A stretch of 64,000 nucleotides of DNA, from contig JAKPMO010000028.1 of assembly GCA_029548865.1 (NCBI GenBank), positions 1-64,000 of the forward strand. The letters run 5' to 3'. The stretch comes from Caldisericota bacterium (lineage in GTDB: Bacteria > Caldisericota > Caldisericia > JAAYUI01). The translations under genes were made by a program, and so were the position numbers. The notes below the pieces were generated by a model that had not been told where the DNA came from, did not search any database, and saw nothing but the letters and a program-made list of their open reading frames with translations. This document shows, in pieces, positions 18,960 to 28,463 of this stretch (position 1 is the first letter of the stretch; the number at the start of each line of letters is the position of its first letter).

Positions 18960-21159
18960 CGGGCGTTGTCTTTGTGCTTGCGGCCCTCTGGATTGCCTCT
19001 TGCCTTGTTATTGGCACTACCAAATCTTTATTTTCTTCCTGAGGTTTTTCTTCTGACAAAGTAACAACTTCATTTGAAGGTGACGGGCCAAAGCACAGGA
19101 GCGACCCAGTGGATGTTGTAAATATGAGCCTTCCTGATGTTATTATTGGTTGGGAAAGCTCCACAGCGGAATCATACTCCCAGATCAATTTGCCATCTGT
19201 TCTTGAGAGAATTTTGATTGTAGGGCCAATTACGGCACAGATTGCGTTCTCAAGCAAGCAGAAAGTTTTAGCGCTGTGAGAGTCAGAAACAAAGACTGAC
19301 CATATCGTTGCTCCAGTCTCTTTGTCCATGCAATAGAGCTGGCCCGAATCGGAAAGGGCAAAGATGCCTTCCTTACCAACAGCAAGCTCAGAGGCTATGG
19401 AGCTGTCAAGTTTCTTCTGAAATAATGTGGCACTGTTTCTTGCATCAAGACACGTGACCGTATCATGCTGCGGGAAATAGATCTTCTGGCCTTCTATTGA
19501 AACAGTTTTACTTACATTGTCGCCGACAGTGTGCACCCATCTTATACCACCGGTATAGTGGTCAAGCATGTAAATCTTGTCGTCCCAGGAACCAACAACA
19601 ACGCCACCATTGGAAACACTTGGCGAGGCCTGGATTATATCTGAGGTGACCTGGCTCCAGATTCTCCTGCCAGTCTTCATTTCAACACAATATACTTTTC
19701 CGTCCCACGCGCCAAGATAGACGTTCGAACCATCTGCAACTGGTGCGGAGTCGAGATAATCATCAACTTGCGATTTCCAGAGGAGCATGCCAGAGTAGGA
19801 ATCTACACAGGCCAGCGGCTGGTCGGCTGCTGCTGCCAGGACCCTCTTTCCGGAGACGCATGGCGAACTCCAGATTTCACCCTTGAGGTCAACACTCCAG
19901 AGTTGATTGCCAGATGAAATGTGTATTGCCCTGATTGTTCCGTCTGTGAGCGTGTAATAAATACGTTCTCCGTCTGATACTGGTGCCGATCTGGAGAGAC
20001 CACCTATTGGCATTGTCCACAATGTTGAGCCCTTTGAAGGATTCAGGCAAAGCCCTTTGCCAATATCGGGAAGCGCAAGGAGCCCGCTCCTCGAAACAGC
20101 GAGTCCTCCAGAGAAATTTTGATCTGTTCTTATTTGCCAAATAGGTTCACCGGCGGCCTGGGTCAAACACACAACCCTCTTTGACCAGGTTGAAGCATAA
20201 AGTTTTCCGGCGAATACGGCCATTCTGCCCATTATCGGGCCATCAATAGGTGATGACCAGACAACATAACCATTCTTTATCGAGACAGCCCTGATGTTGC
20301 CTTTGAAAGTTGAAATATATGCAGTGTCACCATCGGTAACGATTCCGGATGGGCACTTTTCTCCCTGGGGGAGTGACCATACGAGGGAACCATCTGGAGC
20401 TGTGGCGTTACAGAGGATACCTTTTGATGTCATATACAGGACGCCATCATCGATGGCCGCAATTGAACCCTCTACCGGGTCTGCCGGTTTGATCGTCCAT
20501 GCAACTGACGGGAATGGTGAAAGACAATTTATGGGGCCTTCTTTTGTGGCCACAATAACCATGTTTTTGCCCTGCGACTGGGTAACTACAGGATCAAGCT
20601 TTATCTGGCCACCAACATCCGAGGCGCCCCAGAAATAGAGTCCGTTGAGTGTCAACCGGATCACAATGCCACCGGTTGTGGCAAGATACACAAGACCACC
20701 GACTATGAGCGGGGACGTCGTTATATGATCCCCAGCATCAAATTTGGCAACAATCTCGCCATTTTTGTGCAGGAGACTGTAGAGTATTCCCTCCTGGGTT
20801 GTCACCAGAACATAGTCTCCAGAAGCGGCAGGACGAGAAACAATCGGCAATGAAGAGAGTTTTTTTGACCAAAGCATTTTGCCCTGCGTTGAGTCCATGC
20901 ACTCGACCACACCTGATGCAAGCGGAACTATAAAGGTATTGTTATGTGAGCATGGGCCAGCTTTGCAGGCGAAGCCACCACCTGAGTTGTATTGCCAGAG
21001 CAAGCTGAGTGGGAAGTTAAGCGATTCAGGGGAAGCGAATTTGTGTTCGGCCGAAAATCCATACATCATCCATGGCGCTACAGCAGCCTTAACCTCAAAC
21101 CAAAACATGGTTGGGACAAGTGCCAAAACCGTTAGTATCGTTAACAGTTTTTTTGCCAT
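18940..21159 (-). CDS. Secreted PQQ-like (BamB-like) multi-blade beta-propeller protein
   Basis: Signal peptide; many SSPxV...G..LW repeats (e.g. VYLGAWDGKVYCVEMKTGRRIW). Confidence 0.88.
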   Translation of the reverse strand: MAKKLLTILTVLALVPTMFWFEVKAAVAPWMMYGFSAEHKFASPESLNFPLSLLWQYNSGGGFACKAGPCSHNNTFIVPLASGVVECMDSTQGKMLWSKKLSSLPIVSRPAASGDYVLVTTQEGILYSLLHKNGEIVAKFDAGDHITTSPLIVGGLVYLATTGGIVIRLTLNGLYFWGASDVGGQIKLDPVVTQSQGKNMVIVATKEGPINCLSPFPSVAWTIKPADPVEGSIAAIDDGVLYMTSKGILCNATAPDGSLVWSLPQGEKCPSGIVTDGDTAYISTFKGNIRAVSIKNGYVVWSSPIDGPIMGRMAVFAGKLYASTWSKRVVCLTQAAGEPIWQIRTDQNFSGGLAVSRSGLLALPDIGKGLCLNPSKGSTLWTMPIGGLSRSAPVSDGERIYYTLTDGTIRAIHISSGNQLWSVDLKGEIWSSPCVSGKRVLAAAADQPLACVDSYSGMLLWKSQVDDYLDSAPVADGSNVYLGAWDGKVYCVEMKTGRRIWSQVTSDIIQASPSVSNGGVVVGSWDDKIYMLDHYTGGIRWVHTVGDNVSKTVSIEGQKIYFPQHDTVTCLDARNSATLFQKKLDSSIASELAVGKEGIFALSDSGQLYCMDKETGATIWSVFVSDSHSAKTFCLLENAICAVIGPTIKILSRTDGKLIWEYDSAVELSQPIITSGRLIFTTSTGSLLCFGPSPSNEVVTLSEEKPQEENKDLVVPITRQEAIQRAASTKTTPDEVPIW

Positions 21160-21214
21160 AGCTTAGCCTTCGAGTTAAAATTTACAGATTTTTTACCTTA
21201 GGTCAAGCAAGAGG

Positions 21215-22696
21215 CTACTTGTTAAGAATACTCCTGACTTTGTTTTCATCATAGGTCACAAATACCCTTGCATGGAGTCTGTCATTTTTAACAAAAGATT
21301 TTGCCCCAATTTTCAGGCCAATCGGCTTCAACATATCAAAGGCCTTTTTTATCCCCAAATTATTGTCTATGGGCAATTTGTCGACATTTACACCAACGTC
21401 AACAATACAATTTTCTGCAGTTTTTGCTGGCTGTTCCTTGGTAAATCTCCCCAAACCATCTTTTTCGCTCGAGATTACAAGCTTCTGGTTTCCATTCCCG
21501 GCATCTTCAAACTTCATGTAAGAGACCGGCTCAAGAGATTCCACTTTTTTGCCATCCTCTCCAACCATTGTCTCCCAAACCGAGAAGATACCTTTTTCAT
21601 TTTTTCTTAAATATCTATCTTGCGGGAAAAGGAATTCCAGGAAAGATTTTACATTCTGGACACTGGCGATTGTGCTTATGCCAAAACTGGTTTTTGAAGA
21701 TTCTGCATTGATGTCGACCCACAGGGCCGTCTTTCCATTCACAAAAGAGAGCGCTGTTTCCTTATCGTTAAGCTCTTCTGTGCCAATTTTGCTCGCTCCA
21801 AGACCCGCAGATATTGCGGCCTGAATAATTCCATTGTCTAAAACAGAAGACCTGAGGCCATCAAACGGCATCTGCCCTGCAAGCATAGCCTTTATGGAAT
21901 CCCTGTACAATGGATCCATTTTTTCGATCTCGCTGTCAACACTGCCAATAAGCTGTGCATCAATGCCTGATTCCCCATCCTGACTGTAGAGTTTGCCAGC
22001 TATTTTCACAGGATTTTCATTCTTTCTGTCTGTCAGGTAGAAACCCAGATTGGAGATTTTTCCACCCATTGCCTCCACTATTTCGTCCCATTCCTTCAAG
22101 GTTTGGATTCCCTTTTCATCTTTTTTTGTCAAAAGGGCATCTTCAATGATTTTTCTGGCCGAAGATTCAGGATTGCTGCTGGGGCTGCCAATCAAGAGAT
22201 AATCGCTCTCGAGCTTCATTGCCAGCATGCTGCCTGGCATATTTTTGTTTGAAAACTCTACTATTCCGCTCTCACTCTTCTTGGCTGTGATCTCCTGTTT
22301 TTTTAGGTATTCAATAATGTTGTCAAACGCTTTTTCGGAATTTGTTCTATGTGAAAGACTTATTCCTACGAGTAAACCATCGTTCCTGTATGTCACAAAT
22401 CCGGATAGATTGAGAAAAGAGAGGTCAGGAAGATCCTTTATCAGTGACAATACCTCTTGCGGCACCACCGGCAACGAAGAGGAAACCAGTGGTAATATAT
22501 TATTAGTTACGTCACCCATGTTGGTGCCTGTCGAAAATTGGGCATAAACAAAGGTGTCTGCAGGTGCATACTCGTAGGGCATGATCCCCAGGCCGCGTTC
22601 TCTTGTAAAAAATATTGCCAATACAACACTTACTCCAACCACTATGGCTATAAGGATAATGGCAAGTGTTATCATTAACTGCTTGTTCTTCAGCAT
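21215..22696 (-). CDS. Hypothetical N-terminally membrane-anchored protein
   Basis: GGAGGTG SD before MLKNKQL; one TM helix, then a soluble domain. Confidence 0.75.
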   Translation of the reverse strand: MLKNKQLMITLAIILIAIVVGVSVVLAIFFTRERGLGIMPYEYAPADTFVYAQFSTGTNMGDVTNNILPLVSSSLPVVPQEVLSLIKDLPDLSFLNLSGFVTYRNDGLLVGISLSHRTNSEKAFDNIIEYLKKQEITAKKSESGIVEFSNKNMPGSMLAMKLESDYLLIGSPSSNPESSARKIIEDALLTKKDEKGIQTLKEWDEIVEAMGGKISNLGFYLTDRKNENPVKIAGKLYSQDGESGIDAQLIGSVDSEIEKMDPLYRDSIKAMLAGQMPFDGLRSSVLDNGIIQAAISAGLGASKIGTEELNDKETALSFVNGKTALWVDINAESSKTSFGISTIASVQNVKSFLEFLFPQDRYLRKNEKGIFSVWETMVGEDGKKVESLEPVSYMKFEDAGNGNQKLVISSEKDGLGRFTKEQPAKTAENCIVDVGVNVDKLPIDNNLGIKKAFDMLKPIGLKIGAKSFVKNDRLHARVFVTYDENKVRSILNK

Positions 22697-22767
22697 AAAA
22701 AACGCACCTCCAGATTTGAAACGTAAAGATGATATATAATTCCTTTGCGAAATCTTAGCAACCCCCC

Positions 22768-22795
22768 TTGACAGGGGTAGTCCCATCCCTAAAAT
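22768..22795 (+). promoter_or_regulatory. rpsP operon promoter
   Basis: TTGACA, 16 bp, TAAAAT. Confidence 0.75.
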
Positions 22796-22834
22796 CGGTA
22801 CTTTGTAAGAAGTAATAGAAAGGGGTTTTTCAAA

Positions 22835-23113
22835 TTGGCTGCAAAACTAAAGCTCGCTCGCGTCGGTAAAGTTCACAGCCCCAGCTTCAGACTCATAGTC
22901 GTTGACTCCCGCAAACCCACAAACAGCGACTTCATAGAGCTTGTTGGGCATATTGACTTTGTCCATGATAACAAGGTCACCAACTTAAAAGAAGACAGGA
23001 TTCTCTATTGGCTCTCCGTGGGTGCACAACCCACCGAATCTGCCAAGTCAATCCTTAAAACTTCGGGTATCATGAGGAAATTTGCCGAATCCAAACGCAA
23101 AGTACAAGTTTAG
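22835..23113 (+). CDS. rpsP: 30S ribosomal protein S16
   Basis: KLKLARVGK...RLIVVDSR...WLSVGAQPTE. Confidence 0.95.
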   Translation: MAAKLKLARVGKVHSPSFRLIVVDSRKPTNSDFIELVGHIDFVHDNKVTNLKEDRILYWLSVGAQPTESAKSILKTSGIMRKFAESKRKVQV

Positions 23114-23121
23114 GGGGAACA

Positions 23122-23358
23122 ATGTTTAAAGACACTCTTCTTTACATCGTCAAGCAACTCGTGGACAACCAGGACAAAGTAGTCATCAATGAGCTCGTCG
23201 GCGAACAGCACCTTACCTACGAAATCAAGGTTGACCCAAGTGATCTTGGAAAGGTTATCGGCAAGCAGGGCAGGACGATCAACGCTCTCCGCGTCCTCAT
23301 CAGGGCCGTATCCAACAAACACGGCAAGAAGGCCGAAGTAAACGTAATCGAGGCTTAA
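23122..23358 (+). CDS. khpA: KH-domain RNA-binding protein KhpA (YlqC)
   Basis: DLGKVIGKQGRTINALR; synteny with rpsP. Confidence 0.93.
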   Translation: MFKDTLLYIVKQLVDNQDKVVINELVGEQHLTYEIKVDPSDLGKVIGKQGRTINALRVLIRAVSNKHGKKAEVNVIEA

Positions 23359-23361
23359 TTC

Positions 23362-23766
23362 GTGCTGATAGCTAGAAAAGTTGCACTGAAAGTCATCGTC
23401 ACCGATGACTTCAAGAAGAGGTATGTCGCACAGCTGAATTCCCTTTCAGCAGAGGTCAAGGTGGAGCTTGAAAAAATCAAGACAACCGAGGCACAGCTCA
23501 TGCTGAAGGTCCAGACCATGGATTACAATTATGTCATGCAGGTCAGGGAGCAGCTCGAAAGGGAGAAGTCCACAAGGGAATCCACGCTCAAGGAGATTGA
23601 GTCCAGAACGGCCGAAATGCAGGGTATGGCCGAAGGGACAATTTTCCCGCAGGGAACACTGGATTCGCTTGTTGAAATCAAATCTGGCGACGACCTGGAA
23701 TTAAAGCTCTCAAAAGCCGAAATCATCATTAAAGACAACGTGGTCCAGAGCGTAAACGAAGGCTGA
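23362..23766 (+). CDS. ylqD: YlqD-family protein
   Basis: Coiled coil plus QGTLDSLVEIKSGDD...EIIIKD; canonical position after khpA. Confidence 0.8.
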   Translation: MLIARKVALKVIVTDDFKKRYVAQLNSLSAEVKVELEKIKTTEAQLMLKVQTMDYNYVMQVREQLEREKSTRESTLKEIESRTAEMQGMAEGTIFPQGTLDSLVEIKSGDDLELKLSKAEIIIKDNVVQSVNEG

Positions 23767-24515
23767 TGAAGCTTGTTTTTGCCACCACCTTTCCTGATTT
23801 TTTCAAGGAGTCGGCAAAAGTTTCGATAATGGGAAGGGCCACCAAAGCAGGTTTGCTTGAGGTTGAAGCAATCAACCTCAGAGACTTTACAACAGACCGC
23901 CACCGCACAACCGACGACAGCCCTTTTGGGGGTGGGGCCGGTATGGTGCTCAAGGTTGACCCTATCAAAAAAATGCTGGATTCACTGGGGCTCCCAGAAG
24001 GATCCAGGACAATACTCACAACACCGGCCGGAAAGGCTTTTGACCAACAGGTCGCAAGCGACCTCTCAAAAGCCCCGGCCTTAATTTTTTTATGTGGACA
24101 TTATGAGGGGATTGACGAGAGGGCTTGCCAGCTTTTTACGGACTGGCTATCAATCGGTGACTTCATCATGACTGGCGGTGAAATTGCAGCCCTTGCAATG
24201 GCCGATGCAACAGTGAGGCTTATCCCTGGTGTTCTCGGCAAACAGGATTCCCTCGAATTTGAATCTTTCTCTGACAATTTGATTGAATACCCTCAATATA
24301 CACGGCCGGCCCAACATGAAACGGGTGATGTCCCAGAAGAGCTCCAATCAGGCAACCACAAAACGATCGAAAAATGGAGAAGGACACAGGCACTAAAAAG
24401 AACACTGCTTCTCCGCCCCGACCTGCTGATTGACGCCAATCTTTCAAAAGAAGACATTGAAACACTCGAAGAGATAAAAACTGAAATTCTTGACACGATT
24501 GGAAAAATAAAATGA
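23766..24515 (+). CDS. trmD: tRNA (guanine37-N1)-methyltransferase
   Basis: DDSPFGGGAGM, CGHYEGIDER, SIGDFIMTGGE, YPQYTRP, SGNH. Confidence 0.97.
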   Translation: MKLVFATTFPDFFKESAKVSIMGRATKAGLLEVEAINLRDFTTDRHRTTDDSPFGGGAGMVLKVDPIKKMLDSLGLPEGSRTILTTPAGKAFDQQVASDLSKAPALIFLCGHYEGIDERACQLFTDWLSIGDFIMTGGEIAALAMADATVRLIPGVLGKQDSLEFESFSDNLIEYPQYTRPAQHETGDVPEELQSGNHKTIEKWRRTQALKRTLLLRPDLLIDANLSKEDIETLEEIKTEILDTIGKIK

Positions 24516-25063
24516 TTTTTATATCACTTATGCACCACCCTGTTTATGACAGAAGGGGCAACATACAAACCTCTTCAATAACCACTTTCGACATTCATGA
24601 CCTCGCGCGAAGCTCCACAACCTACGGCGTAAAAAGGCTCTATCTTGTCCATCCATCCCCACTTCAGAGACAAGTCGCAGAGCGCATTTTGGGATTCTGG
24701 GAAGTCGGCGGTGGGAAAGAATGGAACCCGTTCAGGTCACAGGCCCTTGAGGTAACAAGGGTCACTGCCAACCTCGACATGGCCATCGAAGACGCCACAC
24801 AGATCGCCGGAGAAAAACCGGTGCTTGTTGGCACAACTGCCAAAACAAAAGAAGGCCAGGTGACCTTTGAGTGGCTGAGGAACAATCTCGACAGGCCAAC
24901 AATGATAATCCTCGGCACTGGCTGGGGGCTTTCGCCAGAAATAATAAACAGATGCGATCTCCTTTTAGAGCCAATCTGGGGGCCAACAGAATTCAACCAC
25001 CTGTCAGTCAGGGCGGCAGGAGCAATAATTTGTGACCGCCTCCTTGGAAAAAGACTCGTTTAA
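24512..25063 (+). CDS. SPOUT-family RNA methyltransferase (TM1570-like)
   Basis: HHPVY, DIHDLARSSTTYG, GTGWGL, FNHLSVR...DRL. Confidence 0.88.
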   Translation: MIFISLMHHPVYDRRGNIQTSSITTFDIHDLARSSTTYGVKRLYLVHPSPLQRQVAERILGFWEVGGGKEWNPFRSQALEVTRVTANLDMAIEDATQIAGEKPVLVGTTAKTKEGQVTFEWLRNNLDRPTMIILGTGWGLSPEIINRCDLLLEPIWGPTEFNHLSVRAAGAIICDRLLGKRLV

Positions 25064-25203
25064 TCAACTTTTTTTTCATTAAACTATTTTCACTTGCAAA
25101 CACTGCAAAGGACGGCTAACATCTCCTTTCTAGGTGCTTTACGTTATTGTATTGCATTGGAAAGCCTGAAGGGCGAGTCCCAAAGGGCCTTTGGAGGATA
25201 AAT

Positions 25204-25566
25204 ATGAACGAGATTTTGAGAGAAGTTGTACAAGACCAGATCAAGAAGGATCCAAATTCCTACGAGATAGGGGACACAGTCAAGGTCCACCAGAAGGTAA
25301 AAGAAGGAACAAGGGCCAGGATCCAGATTTTCCAGGGCATCGTCATCGCCAAACAAAACGGCGGTGTTTCCGAGACTTTCACGGTCAGGAAGATCTCCGA
25401 CGGCGTTGGAATAGAGAAGATTTATCCCCTCCACTCACCAGCAATCGACAAGATTGAAGTCGTACGCCACGGAAGAGTGAGAAGAGCAAAACTGTTCTAC
25501 CTCAGGGACAGAATAGGCAAAGAAGCCAGACTGAAAGACCGCAAACCACAGCAAAAGAAGGCTTGA
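25204..25566 (+). CDS. rplS: 50S ribosomal protein L19
   Basis: [40 protein letters not shown]. Confidence 0.97.
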   Translation: MNEILREVVQDQIKKDPNSYEIGDTVKVHQKVKEGTRARIQIFQGIVIAKQNGGVSETFTVRKISDGVGIEKIYPLHSPAIDKIEVVRHGRVRRAKLFYLRDRIGKEARLKDRKPQQKKA

Positions 25567-26129
25567 TGACCGTCAAAAAAAGCTTCAAGAGGGAAATACT
25601 TGAATGGGTGGTGACAATTGTCATCGCGCTTGGTGTTGCTTGGAGCATAAGGCTCTTTGTAATCCAGCCTTTCAGAGTGCAAATGAGTTCCATGTACCCA
25701 ACATTGCACAATGATGACCTCATCCTCATAAACAAACTGTCTTTTGTCGGTACCCAGCCTGGGAGGGGCGATATCATAGTCTTCACGCCGCCCAACCACG
25801 CTGAAGGTGATGGCATCGAGTACATTAAGCGTATAATTGGCTTGCCGGGCGAATACATTGAAATTGAGTCTGGTACTGTCTATATCAACGGGCACAAGCT
25901 CGAAGAAAATGACGACCACACAAAAACCAATTATAACCAGCATTTTAATGTTGAGAGTGACAGCGATAAAAAAGGTATCCTTCTTGGCCCGGATGAATTT
26001 TATGTCATGGGCGACAACAGGGGCGGCTCCCTCGATTCCAGGACATTCGGCCCGATAAAGCGGGACTCTATCCTTGGGAGAGCTTTTATTGTTTTCTGGC
26101 CAGCCATAAGACTCCAGGTACTGCAATAG
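25566..26129 (+). CDS. lepB: Signal peptidase I (copy 1)
   Basis: SSMYPT (Ser), YIKRIIGLPG (Lys), MGDNR..SLDSR; TGATG coupling to rplS. Confidence 0.93.
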   Translation: MTVKKSFKREILEWVVTIVIALGVAWSIRLFVIQPFRVQMSSMYPTLHNDDLILINKLSFVGTQPGRGDIIVFTPPNHAEGDGIEYIKRIIGLPGEYIEIESGTVYINGHKLEENDDHTKTNYNQHFNVESDSDKKGILLGPDEFYVMGDNRGGSLDSRTFGPIKRDSILGRAFIVFWPAIRLQVLQ

Positions 26130-26145
26130 GAACTCCTGGGGTCAC

Positions 26146-26739
26146 TTGTCTGTAAGGACTGGCAGGAGGTACCTTGTGAGAATAAATAAAATAAGACTTT
26201 TTCAAGACCCAGCGGCAAGAAGAGAGATTGCCTCCTGGGTCTTAGCTATTTCATTGGCCCTTTCATTTTCAATGGCAACAAGGGCATACGCATTTGAACC
26301 AAGAAGGGTCCAGCAGACTTCAATGTACCCAACCCTGCATGATGGTGACATTGTCTTCCTTTACAAACTTGACCACATAATAAGAAGAGGGGATATAATT
26401 GTTTTCAATTCTCCAACCTCAAACGAAAAACTGATCAAGAGGGTGATTGGCCTGCCAGGAGAGACAATCAGTTTTGAGAACGGCAACCTGCTCATCAACA
26501 GCACCAGGTTCGTGGAAAATAGCGACAGAACCGAAACCGACTACAACCAGCCAGTTGGCAATTCACCGATAGCAACACCCTCCGGAACAAAGCTAGGTGA
26601 GGACGAATACTTCGTGATGGGCGACAACAGGGACGTTTCCTACGACTCGAGGTCTTTCGGGCCAATAAAACGGAGCTCAATCCTTGGCAAGGCTGAGGCA
26701 GTGCTATGGCCTGTTGACAGAATCAGCACACTGAAATAG
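26146..26739 (+). CDS. lepB: Signal peptidase I (copy 2)
   Basis: TSMYPT, LIKRVIGLPG, MGDNR..SYDSR; start codon uncertain. Confidence 0.9.
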   Translation: MSVRTGRRYLVRINKIRLFQDPAARREIASWVLAISLALSFSMATRAYAFEPRRVQQTSMYPTLHDGDIVFLYKLDHIIRRGDIIVFNSPTSNEKLIKRVIGLPGETISFENGNLLINSTRFVENSDRTETDYNQPVGNSPIATPSGTKLGEDEYFVMGDNRDVSYDSRSFGPIKRSSILGKAEAVLWPVDRISTLK

Positions 26740-26760
26740 CGAAAAACTTGCAAAAAACAC

Positions 26761-26792
26761 AAAAAGCCCTATCTTGAAGGATAGGGCTTTTT
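26761..26792. terminator. Intrinsic terminator (symmetric), overlapping a possible rnhB promoter
   Basis: AAAAAGCCCTATC/GATAGGGCTTTTT; TTGCAA (26748)-16-TATCTT (26770) overlaps it. Confidence 0.8.
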
Positions 26793-26795
26793 AAA

Positions 26796-27404
26796 TTGAA
26801 GATTCATTCGGGGTGTGAAGTGGGATCATCTGGTTGTTATGAAAAAAACAAACACTTGATTATTGGGGTTGACGAAGCGGGGAGGGGACCGCTTGCTGGT
26901 CCAGTTGTGGCCTGTGCTTGCCATATAACAGAACACATAGATGATGTTGCAGACTCAAAAAAACTGACAGCCAAAAAAAGGCACCAGCTTGCATCAGAAA
27001 TAATCCTGAAAGGGCAAGTCTGCATAGGCATCGAAAACAGCAGGTCCATCGATGTGTCAGACATACTGAAGGCAACCATGGCGGCAATGAAGACGGCCGC
27101 AAACACCCTCTGCAAAAAACTTGGAGGAAAGGGGTTGGTTATAGTTGATGGCAATCGTGTTCCCGATGGGCTTGTGTGGCAGAGCAAAGCAATTATTGGG
27201 GCCGATGACAGCCAGTATTGTGTTTCCTGCGCCTCGATAGTGGCAAAAGTCATAAGAGATCATCTTATGGACGGTTTTGACATGACATTTCCCGGATACG
27301 GCTTTTCCAAAAACAAGGGATACGGGACAGCTGACCACCTGGAAGCCATTTCGAAGCTGGGACCCTGCCAAATCCATAGAAGGAGTTTTGGCCCATGCAA
27401 ATAA
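26796..27404 (+). CDS. rnhB: Ribonuclease HII
   Basis: GVDEAGRGPLAGPV, DSKKL, ASIVAKV.RD, NKGYGT, HRRSF. Confidence 0.95.
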   Translation: MKIHSGCEVGSSGCYEKNKHLIIGVDEAGRGPLAGPVVACACHITEHIDDVADSKKLTAKKRHQLASEIILKGQVCIGIENSRSIDVSDILKATMAAMKTAANTLCKKLGGKGLVIVDGNRVPDGLVWQSKAIIGADDSQYCVSCASIVAKVIRDHLMDGFDMTFPGYGFSKNKGYGTADHLEAISKLGPCQIHRRSFGPCK

Positions 27405-28120
27405 TAAATAAAAGCGATTACGTAAAGAGAAAAATAAAGCTTGAATACCTAAAAATCATTTCTGGATTATTACTTGTTGTGGCAGGTTTTTTTGGGCTCG
27501 CCCTTGGTTTTGTCCTTAATTGGTTGTTCTTCATAATCGGTTTCCTTCTTTTTGTTTTTGGCGGAATGATACTCAGTAACAGGACAGGTGAAGTGTCCAT
27601 CTGGAAGGCCGGTTTTGTCGGCCAGCAGATGGTGCCAAAAGCGCTTTCCATGCTCCCGAACGAATTTGTGCTGATCAACAATGTTTCGATCAAAGACAAA
27701 AATTGCGATATTGATCACGTACTTATTGGCCCAAAATGCCTCTACGCAATAGAGAGCAAGAACTATAACGGTGAGATCTATGGCCAGGGCGACGAATGGG
27801 GCTACATGAAGAGGGGGAGGGCCGGCGGCTTCTACAAAGGGCACATCGGCAATCCTGCAAAGCAGATAAAACGGTCAGTTTGGGAGCTAAAACAGATGCT
27901 TGATGAAAAACTTTTAAAAATGTCGTTTGACCCAAACCAGTTCTGGATCGAGCCAATAGTTGTCTTCACAAATCCCAACACAATCTTGAAGGTGACCGAC
28001 TCGACTGTAAAGGCCATGCTTCTGAAGGACTTGCCCTCATACATTCAAGAATGCGATGCAAAAACACAGATTCCGGAAGACATGCTGAAAACCATTACCG
28101 ACATACTCCGCAATGAGTAG
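27395..28120 (+). CDS. Membrane-anchored NERD (nuclease-related) domain protein
   Basis: Two N-terminal TM helices; DIDHVLIGP..LYAIESKN...NPAKQ. Confidence 0.85.
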   Translation: MQIINKSDYVKRKIKLEYLKIISGLLLVVAGFFGLALGFVLNWLFFIIGFLLFVFGGMILSNRTGEVSIWKAGFVGQQMVPKALSMLPNEFVLINNVSIKDKNCDIDHVLIGPKCLYAIESKNYNGEIYGQGDEWGYMKRGRAGGFYKGHIGNPAKQIKRSVWELKQMLDEKLLKMSFDPNQFWIEPIVVFTNPNTILKVTDSTVKAMLLKDLPSYIQECDAKTQIPEDMLKTITDILRNE

Positions 28121-28463
28121 GAGCTCTACCCTCGGCAAAAAGGGTGAAGAAATGGCAGCATTGCTGCTTGCATCAAAGGGTTTTGAAATAGTTTGCAAAA
28201 ACTACAAAACAAAATATGGCGAGATAGACATCATCTGCAAAAAAGATGAAAACTTGCTGTTTGTTGAAGTAAAGAGAAGATCTGCAAACATTTTTGGGAC
28301 ACCGCTCGAATCCCTTCCGGCAAAGAGGGTGAGGCGAATGGCTGATGCGGTAATGGCATTCCTGTCTGAAAATCCCGAGTTTCAGGAATCGCAAATCCAG
28401 CTTGCACTTGTAGGAATATCCAATGGCAAAACGCATATTGTGCCTGTTGATTGCAATATGTAG
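28113..28463 (+). CDS. yraN: YraN-family endonuclease-like protein
   Basis: GKKGEE.A, GEIDII, FVEVK.R. Confidence 0.9.
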   Translation: MSRSSTLGKKGEEMAALLLASKGFEIVCKNYKTKYGEIDIICKKDENLLFVEVKRRSANIFGTPLESLPAKRVRRMADAVMAFLSENPEFQESQIQLALVGISNGKTHIVPVDCNM

